This document shows positions 49,195 through 58,155 of a DNA stretch of 64,000 nucleotides, one piece after another; within the stretch, counting starts at the first letter, position 1, and every line of letters starts with the position of its first letter. This stretch comes from Gammaproteobacteria bacterium (GTDB lineage: Bacteria; Pseudomonadota; Gammaproteobacteria; Thiohalobacterales; Thiohalobacteraceae). Where the stretch lies: assembly GCA_018819175.1 (NCBI GenBank), contig JAHJQQ010000041.1, forward strand, positions 8,886-72,885, read 5' to 3'. The notes under the pieces were generated by a model that did not search any database, was not told the DNA's origin, and was given only the letters and a program-made list of their open reading frames with translations. The position numbers and the translations under genes are program-made.

Positions 49195-49656
49195 ATGACA
49201 GCCGATAACGCCGAAGACGATGCAGGTTATCTTGTCGCCCCCGCCGATTGGCCGGGCGATGAAACGACCATTCGTGCCATCCGTGAACGCGTGTTTATCC
49301 AGGAACAAGGCATCCCTGCCGAGCTCGAATGGGACGGTCTTGATCACGAATGCGTGCATATGCTGGCTTATGACATGGCCGGCAAGGCCATCGCCACAGC
49401 GCGCATGCAGGCCGACGGACATATCGGTCGGATGGCGGTCCTGCCGGAATGGCGCGGTCATGGCGTCGGCAGTTCCCTGCTCCTGATGCTGGTCGAACTC
49501 GCGGCGGCGCATGAACTGGATGAGGTGTATCTGGACGCGCAGACCAGCGTGGCCAGTTTCTATCATCAACACGGTTTCATCGCCACGGGCGAAGAAGAGT
49601 TCGAGGCCGCAGGCATTCCGCATATCCGCATGTCGCGCTTCACCACCGACCCTTAA
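49195..49656 (+). CDS. GNAT-family N-acetyltransferase
   Basis: Its acetyl-CoA loop is MAVLPEWRGHGVGSSLL. I chose the ATG at 49195 because the track start overlaps the RAYT remnant. Confidence 0.8.
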   Translation: MTADNAEDDAGYLVAPADWPGDETTIRAIRERVFIQEQGIPAELEWDGLDHECVHMLAYDMAGKAIATARMQADGHIGRMAVLPEWRGHGVGSSLLLMLVELAAAHELDEVYLDAQTSVASFYHQHGFIATGEEEFEAAGIPHIRMSRFTTDP

Positions 49657-49674
49657 ACAACCGAGGAATCCGCC

Positions 49675-50208
49675 TTGTCCTTGACCTCGTTCAGCGACCT
49701 TGATCCGGAAGCCTGCCGACTCGGTGAGTCGGACGGTGATTTCGCCGTCACCACGCGTGAGGACAGCCGCAGCGCTGCGGCACTTCTCGCTGCTCAGGCA
49801 CGCCGCCAGGTTGAACTGTTCAGCGCTGATCTTGAACCCTTCATCTACGATCAGGCCGCCTTCGTCGAGGCGCTCACCCAGCTGAGCATCAGCAGTTCAC
49901 GGGCGCGGGTGCGTATCCTGGTCAAGGATTTCGAGCGCAGCGTCAAGGAAGGACATAGACTGGTCGAACTCAGTCGTCGACTGAGCAGTTTCGTCGAGTT
50001 GCGCAAAGTGCACAGTGATTATCAGAATTACAATGAAACCTTTCTCCTGGTTGATGACTTTGGCTTGCTGCACCGGAGGCATGCACCGCGTTTTGAGGGT
50101 GTGTTTAGCTGCAGGGCGCCCTTGGAAGTGCGGCGACTGCGCGCCTATTTCGACGAAGTGTGGGGCCGCAGCGAACCCGATCCCGATATGAGGCGATTAC
50201 ATTTATGA
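49675..50208 (+). CDS. Hypothetical protein (177 aa)
   Basis: It has a TTG start with a GAGGAA SD 8 nt upstream and an ATGA overlap with the next gene. No catalytic motif is recognised. Confidence 0.6.
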   Translation: MSLTSFSDLDPEACRLGESDGDFAVTTREDSRSAAALLAAQARRQVELFSADLEPFIYDQAAFVEALTQLSISSSRARVRILVKDFERSVKEGHRLVELSRRLSSFVELRKVHSDYQNYNETFLLVDDFGLLHRRHAPRFEGVFSCRAPLEVRRLRAYFDEVWGRSEPDPDMRRLHL

Positions 50209-51083
50209 ATGTAATTAGAAACTATCCAATCAATTCGTCATTCCGGCGCCGGAATGACGGTCCACAAGATTTACTGACTGGGCTTTGGTTCTTCCTGGCA
50301 CTGCTCCTCCTTTTGGGTTTCTGCGATCTCGCAACGGCCAGCGACAAGATCGACATCATCCCGCTCAAAAATCGCACCGCCGAAGAAGTCATGCCCCTGA
50401 TCCGGCCCATGCTGGATGCCAACGAAGTCCTGAGTGGAACGGGGTTTCAGCTCATTGTGCGCGCCTCCGCCGAACGTCAGCAGGAGATCCGCAGCTTAGT
50501 CACTCAGCTCGATCAATCGATCAGACAGCTGCGCATCAGTGTGCGTCGTGCCGCGCGGGAAGAGATCGAACGCGAAGGCGCGCGCGCCAACGTCAATGTC
50601 GGCGTCGTTAACGGGGATGTCGAGGCACGCGGCCGAGCCATCATTCACAGTACCCGCGATAAGAGCGGTGAGCGCAACAACTACCAGGTCACGACGCTGG
50701 AAGGCACGCCCGCCTACATCAACACCGGCGAGGCCTTTCCGGTGCCTACTCAAAACGATTATGTCGTCAACGGCCAGGTCGTTGTCACCCAGGGTCTGGA
50801 ATATCAGCAGCTGAACTCCGGCTTCTACGCCCTCGCCCGCACCCAGGGTAACAGCGTGAGCATCGACATCAGCCCGCAGCGCGAAGTGCTCGATCCACGC
50901 GGCAGCGGCCGCATCCAGAGCACATCATTGGTCACCTCTGTACGCGGACGACTGGGCGAATGGCTGGAACTGGGCGGTACGAGTCAGCAGCGCAGCCACG
51001 AAGGCGGTGGTCTGCTACGCAGCACGCGCGGCAAGGACGATACGCAGCAGACGCTATGGCTGAAAGTGGATGCGGTTGAATAG
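50205..51083 (+). CDS. Short secretin-family protein (one NolW-like N domain plus a truncated secretin-like beta region)
   Basis: A signal-like segment LWFFLALLLLLGFCDLATA precedes IIPLKNRTAEEVMPLIRPML....QLIVRASAERQQEIRSLVTQLD (Secretin_N pattern). A later segment YQVTTLEGTPAYINTGE...V.Y....G.....P also fits. The whole protein is only about 293 aa. Confidence 0.6.
   Translation: MNVIRNYPINSSFRRRNDGPQDLLTGLWFFLALLLLLGFCDLATASDKIDIIPLKNRTAEEVMPLIRPMLDANEVLSGTGFQLIVRASAERQQEIRSLVTQLDQSIRQLRISVRRAAREEIEREGARANVNVGVVNGDVEARGRAIIHSTRDKSGERNNYQVTTLEGTPAYINTGEAFPVPTQNDYVVNGQVVVTQGLEYQQLNSGFYALARTQGNSVSIDISPQREVLDPRGSGRIQSTSLVTSVRGRLGEWLELGGTSQQRSHEGGGLLRSTRGKDDTQQTLWLKVDAVE
50236..50259. repeat. 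Family A palindrome inside the mini-secretin coding region
   Basis: cgtcattccggcgccggaatgacg is a perfect 24-bp palindrome encoding ..SFRRRNDG.. at codons 11-19. Confidence 0.85.
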
Positions 51084-51128
51084 TGCAACCGATGGGCCTA
51101 TTGTTTCGGCCAAGTGAGGATGTAGATC

Positions 51129-51290
51129 ATGTCTACCATCAAAGACAAGATGACTGAAATAATTCAGGCGCAGCCGATGCGGGAACTGGCCTTCGAACGC
51201 ATGGTGGCGCGTGGACTGGAAGACGTGCGTCAGAATCGGCTGATATCAGACGAGGAAATGGAGAAGCGTATAGGGACATGGCAAAAATAA
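51129..51290 (+). CDS. Putative small antitoxin (53 aa)
   Basis: The ORF MSTIKDKMTEIIQAQPMRELAFERMVARGLEDVRQNRLISDEEMEKRIGTWQK is not in the track (under 60 aa). Its stop overlaps the start of a ParE/RelE-like reading frame. Confidence 0.4.
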   Translation: MSTIKDKMTEIIQAQPMRELAFERMVARGLEDVRQNRLISDEEMEKRIGTWQK

Positions 51291-51572
51291 AATGGACTGA
51301 CGAAGCTCATGGATGACTGCGGGACATTTACGACTTTATCGCTACTGACAACCCCGACGCCGCACTCGCGGTAACACAAGGCTTACGCCAAAGCACAGAC
51401 ACTGCACCGATTCCCTGAGATAGGTTACAAGCTCAAGGATGTACCAGAAGGTGAAATCAGAATACTGCTCTATGGGCACTATCGTATTGTCTATCTGATA
51501 GCGACACCCGCTGACATCATCATTCTAGGCGTTTTCCACGGCGCTTTGGATATCGAGCGTTACCCGCTCTAG
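51278..51572 (+). pseudogene. ParE/RelE-like toxin gene disrupted by an in-frame TGA and a frameshift
   Basis: MAKIKWTDEAHG is followed by TGA (51314-51316), then LRDIYDFIATDNPDAALAVTQGLRQ. After a frame change it continues KAQTLHRFPEIGYKLKDVPEGEIRILLYGHYRIVYLIATPADIIILGVFHGALDIERYPL. Confidence 0.65.
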
Positions 51573-51581
51573 GAAGTTCGA

Positions 51582-51956
51582 CTACCGCTCCGGAAACATC
51601 TCCGTGTATTCCGTGGCATCGAAGAAAGCTTCCAGCGAGACAATCTTGCCCTGTTCCACTTTCGCCCACAGCACCACGCGGGTGATATCGACGATATTGA
51701 TGCGAATCCGGAAGTCCAGGATCGCGCAGACATCATGACCATCAATGAAAATTTTCCGGCGATCGATACCATCCAGAATCTGGCCGATACGGCCGACGAT
51801 ATCGACAACAAAGATATCCGGACTGGTATGCGCATCGACCGGCCCGCGATAACTGAATTGCGCATCGGACAGCGTTGCGCGCACAGCGTCATAATCGTGC
51901 GCGGCAAAGGCATCCAGAAAAGTGTTGAATACAGCTTCGGTAGTGGCTTCTATCAT
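51582..51956 (-). CDS. SnoaL/NTF2-like fold protein
   Basis: The N-terminus of this 124-aa protein, ...V..F.DAF...D.DAV...L.., is typical of SnoaL-like proteins. The call is by resemblance only. Confidence 0.55.
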   Translation of the reverse strand: MIEATTEAVFNTFLDAFAAHDYDAVRATLSDAQFSYRGPVDAHTSPDIFVVDIVGRIGQILDGIDRRKIFIDGHDVCAILDFRIRINIVDITRVVLWAKVEQGKIVSLEAFFDATEYTEMFPER

Positions 51957-51980
51957 TCGAAATTCTCAGATTCGTCAATA

Positions 51981-52016
51981 CTAGATTCCGGCCTGCGCCG
52001 GAATAACGAATAATTC
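51981..52016. repeat. Family A repeat, right half-copy
   Basis: The sequence is ctagattccggcctgcgccggaataacgaataattc. Confidence 0.75.
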
Positions 52017-52055
52017 AAAATTTTCTGAGGTAATCTAGGGAACCTCTGATTAATC

Positions 52056-52143
52056 CGTCATTGCGAGGAGCGGTGCGACGCGGCAATCTTCAAGCTGTTG
52101 ATCTACCGTTGCGTGAGATTGCTTCGCTGCGCTCGCAATGACG
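52056..52143. repeat. Palindromic element family B (CGTCATTGCGAG...CTCGCAATGACG)
   Basis: The arms are cgtcattgcgaggagcggtgcgacgcggcaatc and gattgcttcgctgcgctcgcaatgacg. Confidence 0.8.
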
Positions 52144-52167
52144 ACTCAACGAACAAATCGGCGCTCC

Positions 52168-53082
52168 CTAGCCTAATGCCTCAACCGAGTAGCGCACCCA
52201 CAGATGATGTTCCGCGCCGGGCGCCAGCTCAACGACATCATCGGCGGCATTGGTGCTTTCAACGCAGAGCATGTTGAGATAACCATCCTTGCCCAGATCG
52301 CCCATCTTTTCCGCCTTTTCAACGCCGGGATTCCACACCACAGTGGAGCTGCTGCCCTTCTTGGCAATGCGGATGCTGCGTTTCATCAGCGGATCTTCAA
52401 TGACGCAGTCGGCGGTGGACTGTAAGTAGATACGGTCGACTTCACCGGCGATCGTCACCTGGCCAGTCTGTTGTTTGGATTTTCCACCATCGACCTTGTC
52501 TATATAGGGACAATCGTCCAGACCATGCAATTTTACCTGACGGACATCACCGACTTCGAAATAGGTATGCAGGGCATCGCCGATGGTGATGGGTTTGCTG
52601 CCGGTGTTGCGGGTCACCAGATCGATATCCAGGGTCGGGCCGACGACGAAATGGATTTCCAGCTCGGAGGCGTGCGGCCACTGCGCGCGCGTCGCATCAC
52701 TGAACTGAATCCGGAACACCAGTCGCGTGGCACCATTGCCCAGCTTTTGGGTTTCGACCAGATCCCAGGGTACGGTACGCGCAAAGCCATGACCCGGGAA
52801 TGTCGGTTCAGTCGCGTGCGGACCGAACCAGGGCCAGCAGATCGGCACACCGCCCCGGATGGATTTGCCCGGCGCCAGCTTGGCGTCCTTGGACAGCCAG
52901 ATCACCGGCTGCGCGCCCTTCGGCGCCCAGGTCATGAGATGTGCGCCCTGCAGTGCGATAGTCGCTGTGGCATGGGCGTTACTCACTTCGGCAACGATCA
53001 ATCCGCCCGGCACATCCTTGAAACTCAACTGATCGGGTATTCCGTAGCGGGCATTTAAGGCCGAGGATTCCGCGTTGCTCAT
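52168..53082 (-). CDS. D-hexose-6-phosphate mutarotase (YeaD-like aldose 1-epimerase family)
   Basis: It has the motif IRGGVPICWPWFGPH. I chose the start MSNAESS at 53082. Confidence 0.8.
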   Translation of the reverse strand: MSNAESSALNARYGIPDQLSFKDVPGGLIVAEVSNAHATATIALQGAHLMTWAPKGAQPVIWLSKDAKLAPGKSIRGGVPICWPWFGPHATEPTFPGHGFARTVPWDLVETQKLGNGATRLVFRIQFSDATRAQWPHASELEIHFVVGPTLDIDLVTRNTGSKPITIGDALHTYFEVGDVRQVKLHGLDDCPYIDKVDGGKSKQQTGQVTIAGEVDRIYLQSTADCVIEDPLMKRSIRIAKKGSSSTVVWNPGVEKAEKMGDLGKDGYLNMLCVESTNAADDVVELAPGAEHHLWVRYSVEALG

Positions 53083-53190
53083 GAGCACTCCATTGGTTTG
53101 GCAAGTCAAGCAGCCGCCAATGTACCTTGCTAGCGGTCATCCGTCACCCTCCGGCGAGAGATCAAATGGACCATCCAAGATGCATCCCCT

Positions 53191-53250
53191 GCAGGAGCGG
53201 CCTTGGCCGCGAATAAGCATCCAGCGGATCGCGGCCAAGGCCGCTCCTGC
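53191..53250. repeat. REP-type hairpin, family C (GCAGGAGCGGCCTTGGCCGCGA)
   Basis: Perfect 22-bp inverted repeats at 53191-53212 and 53229-53250 are separated by a 16-nt loop. Confidence 0.9.
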
Positions 53251-53334
53251 GGGGAGTCAACACTATGTGGCGCGGAATGCCCGGCTAATAACAGACTGCT
53301 TGCCCCACTCCGCCCGGCTTGAAACAATGCCCTC

Positions 53335-55389
53335 ATGAAGGCCTCCACTCCGGTCACAAAAGTCCCCCTCCGCAGCCCCGTGTTCCGCGGCGCCAAACAC
53401 CTGCGTATCGCCCTGGTCGGCCTGCCCAACAGCGGCAAGAGCACCCTGTTCAAGGCCGTCTCCAGTACCGCCATCCAGACTGGTGAATTGGCCGGAACCC
53501 ATCGCGCCTATGGCGAATGCGCGGTACAGATCGGGCTGGATGAGGCGCGGCTGGTCGATCTGCCCTCGATCCATTCCCTGAATCACCTGGAACCGGACGA
53601 TCGCGTCACGCTGCAATACCTGCTCTGGGGCAATGAGCAACCGCCGGTGGCGCACCATGAACCCGGCGGTCCGCCGGCCCCGTTCGCACCGCCGGATGTT
53701 ATTGTTCAGGTGATCGATGCCACCGCCCTGGAACGCCACCTGGAGCTGACACTCGAACTCATCCAGCTTGGCCGACCGATGACCATTGCGCTCAATATGA
53801 TGGACGAGGCCTGGAACAAAGGGCTGCACATCAATGTGAAGTCACTAAGCGCGCAGCTGGGTGTTCCCGTTGTTGCCACCGTTGCGCACATGGGACATGG
53901 CATTTCCGAATTATTTACGGCCGCGACCGATGCTGTGCGCGAAGCGGCCTGTCCGTTACCACAACCGGCGAGCCAGCATATCTGCGCCAGCCTGCAACCG
54001 CTGAGCCGCGCGCTCAATCAACCCGACATCCGCACGGCCTTCCGCATCCCGCATCCGTTTCTGCTGACCCAGTTTGCCGCCGGCGATAGCTATATCCACG
54101 ACGAACTGCACATGCACTTCGCGGACCGGCTGCCCGAATTGCTGGCATTGCGCAGTGCCGCGGAACAACAGTTGCCGCGCGCGCTTGAAGAGGAATTACA
54201 TGCGGATCGCCACTATCGTGCCGCCTGTCTCTATGAAGCGGTGACGCGACACGGCGCACCGCATGAGGGGCGTGGCTGGCGCTACTGGTTGGATGAGTTA
54301 TTCCTGCATCCGCAGTGGGGACTGTTCGGCAGTCTTGCGGTGTTCGCCGGCGTGTTGTTCATGGTGTTTGAAGTCAGCACCTGGCTGGATTCCATCACCG
54401 CCGCGAAACTGATAGAAGCCTCTGCCGATTGGCAGCCGACATCACTCCTCGGCGTGGTATCACGCGCGGTGACCGATGGCCTGATCGGGCTCATCGGCAT
54501 TGTCATACCCTATATGATTCCGCTGGTGATGTTGCTGGTCGCGCTGGAACAGATCGGCATCATGCAGCGCATCGCCTTCGTGGTCGATCGCGGCTTCCAT
54601 CACATCGGCCTGCATGGCGGCGTCGCGGTGCCGTTTCTGCTTGGCCTGGGCTGCAATGTACCCGCGCTGTCGGGTGCCGCCAATGCGACCAGCGGCCGCG
54701 AACGCGTCATCGCATCGCTGCTGATCACCTTTGTGCCCTGCTCGGCACGTTCCGCCATCATTCTTGCGCTCGGCGGCAAATATCTCGGCGGCCTGGGCGT
54801 GTTCGCCATATTTGCCCTGACCATCATCGTGATCGCCGTCATGGGCCGGATCCTGGCCCGACGCCAGCGCGACATCGGACCTGGGCAGGTCCAGGAAATC
54901 CCCGCCTATGCACTCCCCCAGTGGCGCAGGCTGGTGAAAGAAACCTGGAGGCGCACCCAGGATGTCCTTACCATCGTCACACCGCTGCTGGTCGGCGGCA
55001 GTGTGGTGCTGGCACTGCTGAATCATGTCGGCGCGGATGACGTCATCAACAGCCTGTTCATGCCTATCACCGTCTGGTGGCTCGGCCTGCCTATCGTGCT
55101 CGGTGTACCCATCCTGTTCGGTATCCTGCGCAAGGAACTTTCACTGCTGATGATCTATCAGGCACTGGGGACGTTTGAAGTCGGCACTCAACTGGACTGG
55201 GTGCAGATCACCACCTTCCTGCTGTTCCTGACCTTCTACATCCCGTGCATCTCGACCTTCGCCGTCATGCTCAAGACCATCGGCCGCAAAGAGGCCTTCG
55301 TGTCTGTTGCATTATCTGTGGCTGTGGCGCTGTTGATCAGTGGCGTGCTCCGGGCTGTGTTGGAAGTAGGCGTGAGGGTGGCGGCCTGA
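53335..55389 (+). CDS. feoB: Ferrous iron transporter FeoB
   Basis: It has an N-terminal G domain (GLPNSGKSTLF) followed by a polytopic membrane domain. Confidence 0.9.
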   Translation: MKASTPVTKVPLRSPVFRGAKHLRIALVGLPNSGKSTLFKAVSSTAIQTGELAGTHRAYGECAVQIGLDEARLVDLPSIHSLNHLEPDDRVTLQYLLWGNEQPPVAHHEPGGPPAPFAPPDVIVQVIDATALERHLELTLELIQLGRPMTIALNMMDEAWNKGLHINVKSLSAQLGVPVVATVAHMGHGISELFTAATDAVREAACPLPQPASQHICASLQPLSRALNQPDIRTAFRIPHPFLLTQFAAGDSYIHDELHMHFADRLPELLALRSAAEQQLPRALEEELHADRHYRAACLYEAVTRHGAPHEGRGWRYWLDELFLHPQWGLFGSLAVFAGVLFMVFEVSTWLDSITAAKLIEASADWQPTSLLGVVSRAVTDGLIGLIGIVIPYMIPLVMLLVALEQIGIMQRIAFVVDRGFHHIGLHGGVAVPFLLGLGCNVPALSGAANATSGRERVIASLLITFVPCSARSAIILALGGKYLGGLGVFAIFALTIIVIAVMGRILARRQRDIGPGQVQEIPAYALPQWRRLVKETWRRTQDVLTIVTPLLVGGSVVLALLNHVGADDVINSLFMPITVWWLGLPIVLGVPILFGILRKELSLLMIYQALGTFEVGTQLDWVQITTFLLFLTFYIPCISTFAVMLKTIGRKEAFVSVALSVAVALLISGVLRAVLEVGVRVAA

Positions 55390-55415
55390 GCGCCGGAACG
55401 TTTGAGGTAACCGCT

Positions 55416-55982
55416 ATGCATCCTGTGAAATGTACAGGTCTGATAATTGCCGCGGTGTTACTGTTCGGCTGCGCCGCAGAGCCCCGCTATCAAACCCTCT
55501 ACCGCTATCACCCCCCCAGCGATCCTGCAGCGTACAGTTGCCTGCAAACCTGCGAGCAGTTTCTGAAAACCTGTCATACGGAATGCAGTGACACCTATGC
55601 GATCTGCCTCGAGCAAATCGAGCCCGAGGCACAGTCGCGCCATGCCGACGCGCTCATACGCTATGAAGGTGAATGGGACCAGTATCAACGCGACCTGGAC
55701 CGTTATGATTTGAATCTGTCGTTCGGCTGGGGACACTACGATGATTGGTATGGTCAAGGCTGGTATGACCCTGCCTGGCCCGGGCGGTATCGGCCCAATT
55801 ACTACCGGCCCCAACCACCGATACCACCCAGCTACCGCGATGAACTCGGCAAACTCCAGGCGCAGAACTGCGATCGTGATTGCGGCTGCCAACCGAAATA
55901 CGACAGCTGTTTTCTAATCTGCGGTGGCAAAAAAATTCCGGAACGGCGGTGCATGGTGAACTGTCCGCCGGAAGCAAAATAA
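55416..55982 (+). CDS. Cys-rich lipoprotein of unknown function
   Basis: I chose the ATG at 55416. It has the lipobox LLFGC. The mature part has 12 further Cys in two clusters, separated by a Tyr/Trp/Pro/Asp-rich segment. Confidence 0.65.
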   Translation: MHPVKCTGLIIAAVLLFGCAAEPRYQTLYRYHPPSDPAAYSCLQTCEQFLKTCHTECSDTYAICLEQIEPEAQSRHADALIRYEGEWDQYQRDLDRYDLNLSFGWGHYDDWYGQGWYDPAWPGRYRPNYYRPQPPIPPSYRDELGKLQAQNCDRDCGCQPKYDSCFLICGGKKIPERRCMVNCPPEAK

Positions 55983-56011
55983 AACTTAAAGAATCTCTGA
56001 TCGAATAATGA

Positions 56012-56143
56012 CCCGTCATTCCGGCGCAGGCCGGACAAAAGCGCGGAGCGCGTTGAACGCCGACCAGGCGGCCCGTAGGGCGAGCGAAGCGAGTAATCCA
56101 GGCTCTCAAGACGCTAGATTCCGGCCTGCGCCGGAATGACGGG
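56012..56143. repeat. Family A element split by an about 78-bp insertion of another repeat type
   Basis: The left arm is cccgtcattccggcgcaggccgga (56012-56035). The right arm is ctagattccggcctgcgccggaatgacggg (56114-56143). Confidence 0.8.
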
Positions 56144-56188
56144 TTAGGAATGTGTTGCTGCGCAACACATGATGGATAACCGCCTCCC

Positions 56189-56293
56189 GTAGCCCGGATG
56201 CAATCCGGGGCGCATTCCGCAATGTGATTCCCGGATTACATCCGGGCTACATATAAACCCCCTCTCCCTCCGGGAGAGGGCCGGGGAGAGGGG
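56189..56293. repeat. Two further palindromic repeat types (GTAGCCCGGATGCAATCCGGG... and CCCTCTCCCTCCGGGAGAGGG...)
   Basis: gtagcccggatgcaatccggg (56189-56209) pairs with cccggattacatccgggctac (56230-56250). A further palindrome ccctctccctccgggagagggccggggagagggg spans 56258-56291. Confidence 0.8.
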
Positions 56294-56404
56294 ACTATTC
56301 TTTTCTACAGCAGCAGTTCATTTCTAGTTGTCATTGAATGAAAAACTTACCACCAATAACAACGTCGCTGATCCTCAATCAATTTCAGATGAGAAACAGT
56401 CGCC

Positions 56405-57982
56405 TCAAGACCCCGAACGCGCCTGACTCGGACGGCGCTGTGGCCGGCCCTGCTGCGGACGATTCTGCCCTTGACGATTGCCTTGCGGAGGACGATTCCC
56501 CTCGGGCTGGCGATTACCATTGGCTTCGGCACGACCCGATGACACACGATTACCATTGGCCTCGTGATTACCCAGCGCGGCATTCCGTTGCTGACCGTTG
56601 TTCGTGCGCGGCTTACCTTGTGCTGGTCGAGCCTGTGCCGGACGACCTGTTCCCTGCGCAGTCCGCTCACCTTGTGCCACTGGACGTTGACCCTGCGAGG
56701 AAGGACGCTGTCCCTGTGCCGCTGGACGTTGCCCCGGTGATGACGGACGTTGACCACGCGCGGCATTGCCGCTGTGATTCGGACGGCCACCACGCGCCTG
56801 GCGCTGCTTGAATACCGGCTCGGCCTTGATGGTCGGGTCCGGGGCATAACCGTCGATGATCACCTTGGGGATTTCACGTTTGATCAGACGTTCGATATCT
56901 TTCAGGAAATCCTTTTCGTCGACACAGACCAGCGATACGGCCTGGCCTTCGCAACCGGCACGGCCGGTACGGCCGATGCGGTGCACATAGTCTTCCGGTA
57001 CGTTAGGTAGTTCGTAATTCACCACATGCGGCAATTGATCGATGTCCAGACCGCGCGCGGCAATGTCGGTCGCCACCAGCACGCGCACATGACCCTGCTT
57101 GAAATCGGCCAGTGCCTTGGTGCGCGCACCCTGACTCTTGTTGCCATGAATCGCGGCGGACTTGATGCCATCCTGGCCCAGCTGTTCGGCAAGTTTGTTC
57201 GCACCGTGTTTGGTGCGCGTGAACACCAGCACCTGACGCCAGTTCTGTGAACCGATCATGAACGACAGCAATTCGCGCTTGCGGGCGCGATCAACCGGGT
57301 GCATCACCTGCGAAACCAAGGCCGCCGTGGTGTTTTCACGCGCAACATTGATCAACGCCGGGTTGTGCAACAGTCCACCGGCGAGTTGCTTGATCTCATC
57401 CGAGAATGTCGCGGAGAACAGCAGGTTTTGACGACCACCCGCGCCGTGTTTGGGCAGCAGTGCAAGAATTTTACGGATATCACGAATGAATCCCATATCG
57501 AGCATGCGATCAGCTTCGTCGAGGATCAGGATTTCAACCTGGGATAGATCCACATTGCGTTGACCAATGTGATCCAGCAACCGACCTGGCGTTGCGATCA
57601 GAATATCCACGCCGCTGCGCAGCGCCGAGATCTGCGGGTTGATGCCGACACCACCGAAGATGATGGTGGATTTGAGTTTCAGATGTTTACCATAGGTGGT
57701 CACGCTCTCACCGACCTGCGCGGCGAGTTCGCGCGTCGGGGTGAGAATCAGTGCGCGCACCGGGCGCTTGCCCGCGGGCAATGGCGCAGCACTCAAACGT
57801 TGCAGCATGGGCAGTGTGAAACCGGCGGTTTTGCCGGTGCCGGTCTGGGCGCCGGCGAGCACATCGCGGCCTTCGAGAATGATCGGAATGGCCTGGGCCT
57901 GTACCGGGGTGGGTTCTGTGTAGCCCTGATCGGACACAGCACGGACCAATTCGGCCGATAGGCCGAGTGCGGAAAATGACAT
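56405..57982 (-). CDS. rhlE: DEAD-box ATP-dependent RNA helicase, RhlE-like, with an Arg/Gly/Gln/Pro-rich repetitive tail
   Basis: It has a Q motif, [15 protein letters not shown] and [10 protein letters not shown]. The C-terminal about 130 aa is low complexity (GQRP repeats). Confidence 0.9.
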   Translation of the reverse strand: MSFSALGLSAELVRAVSDQGYTEPTPVQAQAIPIILEGRDVLAGAQTGTGKTAGFTLPMLQRLSAAPLPAGKRPVRALILTPTRELAAQVGESVTTYGKHLKLKSTIIFGGVGINPQISALRSGVDILIATPGRLLDHIGQRNVDLSQVEILILDEADRMLDMGFIRDIRKILALLPKHGAGGRQNLLFSATFSDEIKQLAGGLLHNPALINVARENTTAALVSQVMHPVDRARKRELLSFMIGSQNWRQVLVFTRTKHGANKLAEQLGQDGIKSAAIHGNKSQGARTKALADFKQGHVRVLVATDIAARGLDIDQLPHVVNYELPNVPEDYVHRIGRTGRAGCEGQAVSLVCVDEKDFLKDIERLIKREIPKVIIDGYAPDPTIKAEPVFKQRQARGGRPNHSGNAARGQRPSSPGQRPAAQGQRPSSQGQRPVAQGERTAQGTGRPAQARPAQGKPRTNNGQQRNAALGNHEANGNRVSSGRAEANGNRQPEGNRPPQGNRQGQNRPQQGRPQRRPSQARSGS

Positions 57983-58155
57983 TTAGGGTAGTACTCCTGG
58001 AATGGCCTACGCGGGCAGTGCCCGGGACGGTCTAGGCGGAATTCGCTTAGTGTAGGTTTCGAGGTAGACCGGGAATGGTGACCGCGAGGATCGAACGCAG
58101 ACCGAAGTGCGTCCGGGATGCGCGGCATACTACAGATAAATCCGTGCAATAGCCA

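Noticed and set aside
53251-53334. A possible Fur box upstream of feoB.
   Set aside because: I could not find anything resembling GATAATGATAATCATTATC. No claim is made without a matrix scan.
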